Source of the DNA: Anaerolineae bacterium
GTDB lineage: Bacteria > Chloroflexota > Anaerolineae > B4-G1
NCBI GenBank assembly: GCA_034432855.1
Contig: DAOUBA010000147.1
Coordinates: forward strand, 1-61,854
Direction: 5' to 3'
DNA: 61,854 bases
Shown here: piece by piece, positions 44,406-52,530 of the stretch
How the letters are laid out: every line of letters begins with the position of its first letter
Position numbering within the stretch: position 1 is the first letter of the stretch
Position numbers and translations under genes: made by a program
The notes under the pieces: model-generated
Told to the model about the DNA's origin: nothing
The model's database searches: none
Seen by the model: only the letters and a program-made list of their open reading frames with translations

Positions 44406-45770
44406 ATGACGCAGTACAAGTACATCTTGCAAGAGAAGGACATGCCCACACATTGGTACAACATCATCGCGGACATGAAGACGCCGCCACCCCCCTACCG
44501 CCACCCGGCGACGCTGGAGGTGATGGGCCCCGATGACCTGAAGCCGGTCTTTCCCTGGGAGTTGATCCTGCAGGAGGCCAGCCAGGAGCGGTGGATCGAG
44601 ATCCCCGACGAGGTGCTGGACGTGCTCAAACGCTGGCGGCCCTCGCCTCTCATCCGCGCCCATCGCTGGGAGAAGGCGCTGGATACGCCTGCCCGCATCT
44701 ACTACAAGTGGGAAGGCGTGAGCCCCGTGGGTAGTCACAAGGCCAACACCGCCGTCGCACAGTGTTACTATGGCAAGAAGGAGGGCCTGGAGGGCTTTGC
44801 CACCGAGACCGGTGCTGGTCAATGGGGCAGTGCGTTGTGCTTCGCAACCCAGCAGTTCGGCCTCAAGTGCAAGGTCTTTATGGTCGCCGCCAGTTTCCAG
44901 CAAAAGCCCTACCGGCGCATCGCTATGGAAACGTGGGGCGGCACCGTCGTGCCCAGCCCCAGTTCGGAGACCAATGCCGGGCGGAACGTCCTGGCTTCCG
45001 ATCCCGAATGTCCCGGCAGTCTGGGCATCGCCATCAGCGAGGCCATCGAGTACGCCGTGACCCATCCCGGCTACAAGTACTCGTTGGGCAGCGTGGTCAA
45101 CTTTGTGCTTATGCATCAGACCATCATCGGATTGGAAGCGCGCAAGCAGATGGAGATGGCGGGCGATTATCCTGACATCCTGATCGGCTGCGCGGGCGGT
45201 GGCAGCAACGCTGCTGGCCTGATCTATCCTTTCCTGAAGGACAAGTTGACCGGCGAAAAGCCCAACCTGCGCGCCATGTTCGTCGAATCCGCCGCCTGTC
45301 CCAGCATGACACGCGGCCCGTATGCCTACGACTGGGGCGATACGGCCAAGACCGGCCCGATCGCGATGATGCACACCCTGGGCCACGGCTTCATCCCCGC
45401 GCCCGTCCACGCCGGCGGCCTGCGCTACCACGGCATGGCGCCCACCGTCTCGCGGCTGATCGAGGACAAGTTCGCCGAGGCCCGCGCCTATCAGCAGAAC
45501 GCGGTCTTTGAGGCTGCCGAGAGTTTCATCCGCGCCGAGGGTATCATCATCGCCCCCGAAACCGCCCACGCCGTGCGCGCTGCCTACGACGAGGCGCTGG
45601 CCTGCAAAGAGTCGGGTGAGGCCAGGGTCATCCTCTTCAACTGCAGCGGCCACGGTCACTTTGACCTTGCGGCCTATGACGCCTACCATCGCAAGGAACT
45701 GCCGGATTACGAACTCGACGACGCGCAGATCAAGAAGGCACTGGAGGAATTGCCCCAAGTCGCGGCCTGA
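44406..45770 (+). CDS. trpB2: TrpB2-type tryptophan synthase beta-like PLP enzyme
   Basis: 454 aa (long form). PLP lysine context VGSHKANTA, GAGQWGSAL, GCAGGGSNAAG. The N-terminal extension is typical of TrpB2. Confidence 0.88.
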   Translation: MTQYKYILQEKDMPTHWYNIIADMKTPPPPYRHPATLEVMGPDDLKPVFPWELILQEASQERWIEIPDEVLDVLKRWRPSPLIRAHRWEKALDTPARIYYKWEGVSPVGSHKANTAVAQCYYGKKEGLEGFATETGAGQWGSALCFATQQFGLKCKVFMVAASFQQKPYRRIAMETWGGTVVPSPSSETNAGRNVLASDPECPGSLGIAISEAIEYAVTHPGYKYSLGSVVNFVLMHQTIIGLEARKQMEMAGDYPDILIGCAGGGSNAAGLIYPFLKDKLTGEKPNLRAMFVESAACPSMTRGPYAYDWGDTAKTGPIAMMHTLGHGFIPAPVHAGGLRYHGMAPTVSRLIEDKFAEARAYQQNAVFEAAESFIRAEGIIIAPETAHAVRAAYDEALACKESGEARVILFNCSGHGHFDLAAYDAYHRKELPDYELDDAQIKKALEELPQVAA

Positions 45771-45790
45771 ATCAAAGTAGCGAGTAGACA

Positions 45791-45828
45791 AGTAGACAAG
45801 GGGCGAATGACCCCTTGTCTACTTTTTA
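45791..45828 (+). terminator. intrinsic terminator built from GTAGACA phased repeat
   Basis: Perfect 13-bp stem agtagacaagggg / ccccttgtctact, 7-nt loop, T-tract. The flanks repeat gtagaca / tgtctac units (45776-45848). Confidence 0.75.
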
Positions 45829-45867
45829 CTTGTCTACTTACCTACTTCCGGGTACAATCTAGGCGGC

Positions 45868-46056
45868 ATGAAGATCATCTACCGCGACCAGGAGTGGGAG
45901 TTGCACGGGCAGCGTCGGGTGCGCGAGGCGATCCAGGAGGTCGGGCTGAACCCGCACACTGTTCTGGCCGTGCGCGAGGGCCGGCTGCTCACCGAGGACG
46001 TGATGCTGGAGGAGGATGACGAGGTCAAACTCGTCGCCGTGATCTCGGGCGGGTGA
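45868..46056 (+). CDS. ThiS/MoaD-family ubiquitin-like sulfur carrier (TtuB-like)
   Basis: 62 aa ending in VISGG, the C-terminal Gly-Gly of sulfur-carrier proteins. Confidence 0.75.
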   Translation: MKIIYRDQEWELHGQRRVREAIQEVGLNPHTVLAVREGRLLTEDVMLEEDDEVKLVAVISGG

Positions 46057-46068
46057 TGGAGGTGCGCG

Positions 46069-46644
46069 ATGCCGACACAGGCCTGGGCCGTGCTGTTGGG
46101 CGCTTACCTGTTGGGCTCGATCCCCTCTGCCTACCTGGTGGCCCGTCTCGTCGCCGGGGTGGACATCCGGCGCGTGGGCGACGGCAACATGGGGGCCAAG
46201 AACACCTTCGAGTCGGTGGGGCGGCTGGCGGGCGTCGTCGTCGGTGCTGCCGACATCGGCAAGGGAGCACTGGCCGTGGCGATGGCGCGCTACTTTGACC
46301 TGTCGGAGAACCTCGTCCTGTGGGCGGGCTTTCTCGTCGTGCTGGGCCACGATTTTCCGCTCTTTCTCCGTTTTCGCGGTGGGCAGGGGATGGCGGCGAT
46401 GGTCGGCGTTTTTGGCGTACTCTTCCCGTATGAGATGGGGATCGTACTCTTGACGCTGGCCGTCGCTCTGGCGCTCACCCACAACTGGGACCTCAGTTGC
46501 GGGATCGCCTTCGGGATGCTGCCTGTCTTGTTGATCCTCTTCGGCCATCCGACCAGGCAGGTGCTCTATCCGGTGCTGATGCTGCCCACCATCGGGGCCA
46601 AGAAACTGTTGGCGGTCTGGCAGGCGCGGCATGCGGCGGTGTGA
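46069..46644 (+). CDS. plsY: glycerol-3-phosphate acyltransferase PlsY
   Basis: YLLGSIPSAYLV, GDGNMGAKN, DIGKGALAV, LGHDFPLFLRFRGGQG. Confidence 0.9.
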   Translation: MPTQAWAVLLGAYLLGSIPSAYLVARLVAGVDIRRVGDGNMGAKNTFESVGRLAGVVVGAADIGKGALAVAMARYFDLSENLVLWAGFLVVLGHDFPLFLRFRGGQGMAAMVGVFGVLFPYEMGIVLLTLAVALALTHNWDLSCGIAFGMLPVLLILFGHPTRQVLYPVLMLPTIGAKKLLAVWQARHAAV

Positions 46645-47018
46645 TGGAGCAAGGTGAAATGGCGAAAGACACTCAGTCTACCTGTTATTGGTGGCCGATT
46701 ACAGAGACCAGGATTCGCCAGGCTGTCCAGAAGATCGCCGATGCGGTACAGCCCGAAAAAATCATCCTGTTTGGCTCCTTCGCCTATGGTCAACCGGGAC
46801 CGGATAGCGATGTAGATCTGCTAGTGATCATGGAAAGCGAGAAAAGCATTCACGCCCGCTCGGTACAGATCTCGGAGATTCTCTACCCCCGCCCATTTCC
46901 GGTGGACATCATCGTGCGCACGCCGGCAGAAGTGGCGGAACGTATTGCACTGGGCGATACTTTCTTCCGCGAGGTTATGGCGAAAGGCAAGGTGCTCTAT
47001 GAACGCCAGGGTGATTGA
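46644..47018 (+). CDS. minimal nucleotidyltransferase (MNT) of an MNT-HEPN pair
   Basis: ILFGSFAYGQPGPDSDVDLLV (GS-x10-DxD). ATG overlaps the plsY TGA. Confidence 0.8.
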   Translation: MEQGEMAKDTQSTCYWWPITETRIRQAVQKIADAVQPEKIILFGSFAYGQPGPDSDVDLLVIMESEKSIHARSVQISEILYPRPFPVDIIVRTPAEVAERIALGDTFFREVMAKGKVLYERQGD

Positions 47019-47391
47019 GGAATGGGTCAAAGAGGCAGAAGACAATTACCTCAGTGCCCTTACCCTGGCGCGTCGGCGTCGCAGGCCTGTGCCGGATGTC
47101 GTCTGCAATCAATGCCAGCAATGCGCCGAGAAGTATTTGAAAGCGTTGCTGGTCCGGCATCAGTTGGATTTTCCGAAGGTGCACGATCTGGTGCAACTCG
47201 AAGAGTTGGTCGCGCAGGCGGAGCCAGATATTCGGCTGATCCATGCAGATCTGGCGATGCTCAATCCGTATGGGATTGACATCCGCTATCCGGGCCTCGA
47301 GGCCACACTCGAAGAAGCGCGAGAAGCCATACGGGCAGTCAAACAAGTTCGCCGATTCGTGCGCGCCAGGCTGGGATTGGGTGCGAGATGA
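46999..47391 (+). CDS. HEPN-domain protein
   Basis: About 130 aa, helical, with an R-x4-6-H-type motif context (LLVRHQLDFPKVHDL). Overlaps the MNT gene by 20 nt, and its stop overlaps the ttuA ATG. Confidence 0.75.
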   Translation: MNARVIEEWVKEAEDNYLSALTLARRRRRPVPDVVCNQCQQCAEKYLKALLVRHQLDFPKVHDLVQLEELVAQAEPDIRLIHADLAMLNPYGIDIRYPGLEATLEEAREAIRAVKQVRRFVRARLGLGAR

Positions 47392-48293
47392 AATGTCGTC
47401 ACTGTGCTCGCCCTGCCGTGCTCAACATGCGCCAGCACAGGCTGGCGCTCTGCGAAATCCACTACCCCGAGTGGTTCGTCGCCCGCACCCAGCGCACTAT
47501 CCAGAAATACGCCATGTTCGGCTACGAGGAGCGCGTGCTGGTGGCGGTCTCCGGCGGCAAAGATAGCCTCAGCCTGTGGGATGTGCTCCTGCGCCTGGGC
47601 CACCGTGCCGACGGCCTCTACATTGACCTGGGGATCACCGACTATTCCGCCATCTCGCGCCAGAAGGTCGAGCAGTTTGCAGCGCAGCGTGCCGGGGCGG
47701 GCCTCACCATCGTAGACCTCAAAGCTGAGTATGGCGAGACGCTGCCGGAGACAACACGGCGGATACGGCATGGGCGCGAGAGGCCCTGTTCCGTCTGTGG
47801 CACGATCAAACGGCACGTGATGAATCGTGTGGCCCGTGACGGGGGGTATACGACACTGGCCACCGGCCACAATCTGGACGACGAGGCGGCGGTGCTTTTC
47901 GGCAACGTCCTCCATTGGCAGACGGGCTATATTGCCCGTCAGGCGCCGGTGTTGCCTGCCGAACATGAGGGATTCGTCCGCAAGGTCAAGCCTTTTTGCC
48001 GCCTGTACGAGCGCGAGACCGCCGCATACGCCCTCATCACCGGCATTGACTACATCTACGACGAGTGCCCCTACGCCGTCGGCGCTTCCAGCATCTATTA
48101 CAAGGGTATCCTCGACCGGATGGAGGAGGAAGCGCCGGGTACCAAGTTACAGTTCTACCTGGGCTTTCTGCGGGCGCGGGAAGCGGGGTTTTTCCGCCAG
48201 GAGGTCGAACAGGTGGAACTGCACCCCTGCACCAACTGCGGCCAGCCGACGAGCGCGCCGGGGCTGTGCGCGTTCTGCCGGCTGTGGGTATGA
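47388..48293 (+). CDS. ttuA: PP-loop tRNA 2-thiolation enzyme, TtuA-like (tRNA-5-methyluridine54 2-sulfurtransferase)
   Basis: N-terminal CxxC...C..H and C-terminal CTNCG...CAFC zinc fingers, PP-loop VAVSGGKDS, ATGHNLDDEAAVLFGN. Confidence 0.78.
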   Translation: MKCRHCARPAVLNMRQHRLALCEIHYPEWFVARTQRTIQKYAMFGYEERVLVAVSGGKDSLSLWDVLLRLGHRADGLYIDLGITDYSAISRQKVEQFAAQRAGAGLTIVDLKAEYGETLPETTRRIRHGRERPCSVCGTIKRHVMNRVARDGGYTTLATGHNLDDEAAVLFGNVLHWQTGYIARQAPVLPAEHEGFVRKVKPFCRLYERETAAYALITGIDYIYDECPYAVGASSIYYKGILDRMEEEAPGTKLQFYLGFLRAREAGFFRQEVEQVELHPCTNCGQPTSAPGLCAFCRLWV

Positions 48294-48367
48294 AGTATCT
48301 ACTCGGTCTGCATCTGCCTCGCTTCCCGTCGGATCACAATCCGGCGGACGAGATAATCTCAAACGCG

Positions 48368-48835
48368 TTACTCTCTCCCCCTGCTCTCGAATATCCTGAG
48401 CCACTCTTCGACTTCGCGCGGCGAAAGGTCTTCGTCAGGCTTGGGCGCGACCGCCGGGGGCGGCGCGCTCAACTGCGCGGCGAACTCTTCCGACCGCACC
48501 ACGCGCGCCCCGCGCGCCCGCGCCTCCGCCCCAATCGCCTGGTCGGAGGTGACCACGATCAGCCCGCGTGGGTCACGCGCCCGGCGGATGCGCTCGCGCA
48601 GGATGCCGTCGGCGCTGCGCCCGGTTGGGGCAAAGACGACTTCTACACCGCCGCCGGAGAGTTCCCGCGAGCGCCCGCCGGGCAGCCCCTGGTCGAAGAC
48701 GACGGTGAGGCAGCGTCCGGTGCGCGCGGCAAAAGTGCGTAGCCGCGCCACCAACTTGGCCTCGTCTTCGGGGTCGCCCAGGTGTAGGTCGGCCATCCGG
48801 CCAATGAGATTGTGACCGTCTATCAGCAGAGGCAT
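48368..48835 (-). CDS. NYN/PIN-like YacP (Rae1)-family RNA-binding/nuclease protein
   Basis: MPLLIDGHNLIG, VVFD, VVTSD motifs typical of YacP-like NYN domains. Confidence 0.7.
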   Translation of the reverse strand: MPLLIDGHNLIGRMADLHLGDPEDEAKLVARLRTFAARTGRCLTVVFDQGLPGGRSRELSGGGVEVVFAPTGRSADGILRERIRRARDPRGLIVVTSDQAIGAEARARGARVVRSEEFAAQLSAPPPAVAPKPDEDLSPREVEEWLRIFESRGRE

Positions 48836-48854
48836 GGCGGATTATGAATGCCGG

Positions 48855-48883
48855 TTGACTAATTGGGTGAATCGGGTTATGAT
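48855..48883 (+). promoter_or_regulatory. sigma70-type promoter candidate upstream of tRNA-Sec
   Basis: TTGACT-17 nt-TATGAT, about 100 nt upstream of the tRNA. Confidence 0.45.
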
Positions 48884-48902
48884 GTAAACCGTACTTGAGC
48901 AA

Positions 48903-48978
48903 AAGCGTAATGCGTAAAACGTAAGGCGTGACCGGCGACTACGTTTTACGAGTTACGCTTTACGAGTTACGTTTTACT
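48903..48978. repeat. CGTAA/TTACG phased palindromic element
   Basis: aagcgtaatgcgtaaaacgtaaggcgtg / ctacgttttacgagttacgctttacgagttacgttttac. 48906-48929 matches 32284-32307 at 22/24. Confidence 0.7.
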
Positions 48979-48982
48979 CCCC

Positions 48983-49081
48983 GGGGGTGGTTGGGGCCCG
49001 GTGGCCTCCTCGGTCTTCAAAACCGCTGGCGGGCCGCGCCGAGCGGGCCGCGGTGGGTTCGACTCCCATCCACTCCCGCCA
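48983..49081 (+). tRNA. selC: tRNA-Sec (anticodon TCA)
   Basis: 99 nt. 8-bp acceptor stem (GGGGGTGG/CCACTCCC), 6-bp D-stem with CGGT loop, anticodon loop CTTCAAA, long variable arm, 5-bp T-stem with GGTTCGACTCC, discriminator G and an encoded CCA. The anticodon stem has only 4 clean pairs. Confidence 0.78.
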
Positions 49082-49083
49082 AA

Positions 49084-49111
49084 GTAAGGGCGTTCAATTG
49101 AACGCCCTTAC
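49084..49111. terminator. bidirectional hairpin between selC and prsW
   Basis: Perfect 28-nt palindrome gtaagggcgttcaattgaacgcccttac. No strong T-tract. Confidence 0.5.
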
Positions 49112-49115
49112 CCGC

Positions 49116-50117
49116 TTATAGCCGCTGTGCCAACGCTACCACCTGCCCGCGCAGCCGCACGATGCGTGCCTGCGTATCTTGCTCGTGAGGGAACCGGGTC
49201 AGGCGGCGTTTCTCGAAAGCCAGTTCGGTGGCTTGTTGATAGAACCGGCCCAACTCCCACCAGCGTCTGAAATCCCCCGTGAACAGCACACCCCAGCGCG
49301 CCGCCACCCGTCTCCAGTAGGAGCACACAGTCTCGTACTGCTCCTGGCTCAAACTGCCCTGTTGGACCTCGTCGGCCAGGAAGCGGACGATCCATTGGCG
49401 TTCGCGCAACGAGGCCCAGATAATGGCGCCGAACATGAACAGCACGCCGCTATAATCGGAAATAACCGTGAGCAGGCAGGGCCAGTATAACTCGGCGGCA
49501 AACATCACGGTGCCATTGTGGATGGCATGGGCGATGATCCCTGCCGCAAGGCCCACGATGGGTGCGCCGATCTTGATCAGCCAGTTAGGCGATGTGCGCG
49601 CCAGTGCGATCCCCAGCCCGGTCAGGCCAGTGAACAGCGCGTGGTTGAGGCCGAAGACGAAAGCGCGCAATATTGCCAGGAAGACGACGCCCCCCAGGCC
49701 CCCTTCTAACAGGGCATTGGCGAAATACAGCACGTTCTCGACGGCAGCGAAACCGAATCCCACCAGCCCTCCATAGATGATGCCGTCGAGCAGGCTATCA
49801 ATCTCTCTGCGGAACAGTAGCAGCAATAGCACTAACGCTCCTGCCTTGATACCTTCCTCCACAACCGGCGCGACCACCGCTGCCCCGATCAGGCTGGCAG
49901 TAGCCGGCTCGACGAAGTAGGAGATGGGGATATCCAGTAAAAGTTCGACGATGATGGCAAAGATGATCGCCGGCACCGCGCCCCACAGGAAGGCAGCGAT
50001 CACCAACCCGACCGGCTCTTTCTCGTAGCGGTCGAACCACCACAGAATAAGCGCGTAGACGATCATCGGCACGAGGCCGAAAACGAGTGCGGCCAGGATA
50101 CCCAGTAGAATGACCAT
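49116..50117 (-). CDS. PrsW-family intramembrane metalloprotease
   Basis: WWFDRYEKEP, VEEGIKAG, GFGFAAVEN, HALFTG motifs. ATG 50117 follows AAGGAAGGA. Confidence 0.8.
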   Translation of the reverse strand: MVILLGILAALVFGLVPMIVYALILWWFDRYEKEPVGLVIAAFLWGAVPAIIFAIIVELLLDIPISYFVEPATASLIGAAVVAPVVEEGIKAGALVLLLLLFRREIDSLLDGIIYGGLVGFGFAAVENVLYFANALLEGGLGGVVFLAILRAFVFGLNHALFTGLTGLGIALARTSPNWLIKIGAPIVGLAAGIIAHAIHNGTVMFAAELYWPCLLTVISDYSGVLFMFGAIIWASLRERQWIVRFLADEVQQGSLSQEQYETVCSYWRRVAARWGVLFTGDFRRWWELGRFYQQATELAFEKRRLTRFPHEQDTQARIVRLRGQVVALAQRL

Positions 50118-50121
50118 AGAT

Positions 50122-50742
50122 TTATCCTTCCTTGAATCCCCTGCATACCAGGAACACCTCCCGGCTCTCCTGGCGCGTCGCTCGGGGGCAATGTGGTTTG
50201 ACGATCGCAAAATGCTGCCGCAGGCGAGCAAGCAACTGCGGCACGTCTTCTCCTTCGAACACCTTGGCGACGAAAACCCCGCCCGGTTTCAGCAAACGTC
50301 GCGCCACGTCGAATGCTGCGCCTACCAATTCGACCGAGAGCGCGTGATCGCGCTCGCGGACGCCCGACGTGTTCGGCGCGGCATCGCTCAGCACCACGTC
50401 TGCCAGACCACCGGCTACGCTGACGATGCGTTCCTGTACGTCCGGCGCGGTGATATCGCCCTGAAGGGCCATCACGCCGGGGATCGGCTCGATGGGCTGC
50501 AGGTCCACGGCGATCACCCGACCTGCACTGCCCACGATCCCGGCGGCGACCTGCGACCAACTGCCTGGGGCAGCGCCCAGGTCCACGACCACCTGTCCTT
50601 TGTGCAGGATGTCGAATTTCTCCTGGATTTGCAGCAACTTGTACGCCGAACGGGCGCGATACGCTTCGGCTTTGGCCTGCTGAAAGTAACGGTCCCGGCT
50701 CTGGCGTTTGCGCCAGTGCGTTTCGCCTTTTCGTTTCGTCAC
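50122..50742 (-). CDS. rlmE: 23S rRNA (uridine-2'-O)-methyltransferase RlmE/FtsJ
   Basis: RSAYKLLQIQEKF, VVDLGAAPGSWSQV, VLSDAAPN, FVAKVFEG. GTG start. Confidence 0.9.
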   Translation of the reverse strand: MTKRKGETHWRKRQSRDRYFQQAKAEAYRARSAYKLLQIQEKFDILHKGQVVVDLGAAPGSWSQVAAGIVGSAGRVIAVDLQPIEPIPGVMALQGDITAPDVQERIVSVAGGLADVVLSDAAPNTSGVRERDHALSVELVGAAFDVARRLLKPGGVFVAKVFEGEDVPQLLARLRQHFAIVKPHCPRATRQESREVFLVCRGFKEG

Positions 50743-50963
50743 GACGACCGTCCCTCAAATTCCGGCTGGACGTTCCATACCTCGGTAGCCTCGTCGTAGG
50801 CCAGGGTGAAGCGACGACCATCGCTCGCGCGCACGCGGAAGGCCGGGCCGGACGGCGTGCGCCACTCTCGCTCGATCTCGACCACCTCCAGCCGCTCCCC
50901 TTCCCACAGAAACGCCCGTGGGCGTTCGGGGTGGCGAAAGCCGGCGTAACACTCTACCATCAA
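50739..50963 (-). CDS. small hypothetical protein
   Basis: 74 aa, with a GTGA overlap coupling it to rlmE. No recognisable motif. Confidence 0.45.
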   Translation of the reverse strand: MMVECYAGFRHPERPRAFLWEGERLEVVEIEREWRTPSGPAFRVRASDGRRFTLAYDEATEVWNVQPEFEGRSS

Positions 50964-50970
50964 ATGCCCC

Positions 50971-51831
50971 TCACAATTCCAGCGAGCGCAGATAAGCGAT
51001 CAACTCGTCGCGCATGTCCGGCCGTCGCAGGCTGGCGGCGATGCATGCTTTCAGTTGGCGCAGCGGATCGCCGGCTGCCATCCATTGGCCTTCGATGGGC
51101 TGGGCGATCACGGTCGCACGGGCCGCCAATCGCGTGACCGCATCGGCCAGCCACAGTTCGCCGCCCCTTCCCGGTTCCAGTGTGTCGAGCACGTCGAATA
51201 TCTCTGGCGTGAAGACAAAGTGGCCGATCTGTACCCAGTTGGAAGGGGCCGTACCCGGCGCGGGCTTTTCAGCGATGCCGGCCATCTCGTGGTCGGAGCC
51301 GGGCTTGAATCTGACGCAGCCGTACAGGTGCGTCTCCTCGTCCGCCACACGCTGCACGGCGACGACGGCCGCCGGCCTGAGCCGGTCGAAGGCATTGAGC
51401 AATTGCCGTGACACTGGCAGGTCGCCGATCACGATGTCGTCGCCGAAGACGTAGTAGAACGGTTCGCCGGGAGTGAGCCAGGGACGGGCCGCCAGCGCAG
51501 GCGAGGCGTTGCCATAAGGCAGGGATTCGGGCTGGCGCACAAAGATGATGTTGGCAAGCCCGGAGATACGGCGCACTTCTTCGAGCAGCGCCGTCTTTCC
51601 CTGCGCCGCCAGGTGCTCCTCCAGTTCGGGGACGGGCGCAAAGTGACGCTGGATCACGCCGCTGCCGCCGCGCACGACGATGATGATTTCGGTGATCCCG
51701 CCCGCTACCAGATTTTCCACGTGGTACTGGATCAGTGGGACACCGGCAATGGGAAAGAGTTCTTTGGGGATGGCTTTGGAGGCCGGCAGGAAGCGCGTGC
51801 CATAGCCGGCGATGGTGATGATGCCTTTCAT
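50971..51831 (-). CDS. UTP-glucose-1-phosphate uridylyltransferase-like sugar nucleotidyltransferase
   Basis: IAGYGTRFLPASKAIPKELFPI N-terminal signature. Confidence 0.8.
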   Translation of the reverse strand: MKGIITIAGYGTRFLPASKAIPKELFPIAGVPLIQYHVENLVAGGITEIIIVVRGGSGVIQRHFAPVPELEEHLAAQGKTALLEEVRRISGLANIIFVRQPESLPYGNASPALAARPWLTPGEPFYYVFGDDIVIGDLPVSRQLLNAFDRLRPAAVVAVQRVADEETHLYGCVRFKPGSDHEMAGIAEKPAPGTAPSNWVQIGHFVFTPEIFDVLDTLEPGRGGELWLADAVTRLAARATVIAQPIEGQWMAAGDPLRQLKACIAASLRRPDMRDELIAYLRSLEL

Positions 51832-51897
51832 TCAGTCAATGCTCCGTGTGGGGTGAATGGCGTGATACGTGAGACGCGGTGCACAAGCATACTTTGC

Positions 51898-52530
51898 TCA
51901 TAGCAATTCCTTTATCAATCGTTTTACTTCGCACTCAAAGAACTGCTTGATCTCGGCCCAATCGAAGGGGACGAGCATCGAGGGCGTCGGATCCGCCTCG
52001 GCGTCTGTGAAGTAGGCCAACGAGCGCAGCAGATGATACGAAGGGTACGTGACTTGGGGGAATTTTTCCGGCATTCGTGACAGGAGGTCATGCAGTGCAT
52101 ACCCGCTGTGGCAAATATGATACAGGTCTACAAAGTCTCGCTTCCGTCCGCGTTGGCCGATGGCAGCCAGTTTCATCAGGGCCAGGTCTGGCAGTCCGGC
52201 TACCTGGACTTCCCATAGGGTATGTAGTGCTTCCAGCAACGGGTATGGATAAACGAAGAAACTGACGTGCGTATCCTCTAGCGTCGCGTTCAGCGTTCCT
52301 GGGTCTTGCTGGCGGACGACCAGGTGCCCCACACTTTGCAGGTCTCGGAGCAGTGATTGCGCCTCATAGTCATCCTGCGCGGTGAAAAAGTCCAGATCGA
52401 CCGAGATACGATGACCGAGGTGGAGGGCCACGGCGCTACCGCCGGCCAGGTAGAACGACGCGACGTTGGGAAGCCTGCCCAACCGCTTCAAAAGATGCCG
52501 GACGTGCTCCGGCAGCGCTTCGAGAAACAC
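51898..52530 (-). CDS. AbiEii/AbiGii-family nucleotidyltransferase (type IV toxin-like)
   Basis: YLAGGSAVALHLGHRISVDLDFF, KLAAIGQRGRKRDFVDLY. GTG start. Confidence 0.78.
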   Translation of the reverse strand: MFLEALPEHVRHLLKRLGRLPNVASFYLAGGSAVALHLGHRISVDLDFFTAQDDYEAQSLLRDLQSVGHLVVRQQDPGTLNATLEDTHVSFFVYPYPLLEALHTLWEVQVAGLPDLALMKLAAIGQRGRKRDFVDLYHICHSGYALHDLLSRMPEKFPQVTYPSYHLLRSLAYFTDAEADPTPSMLVPFDWAEIKQFFECEVKRLIKELL

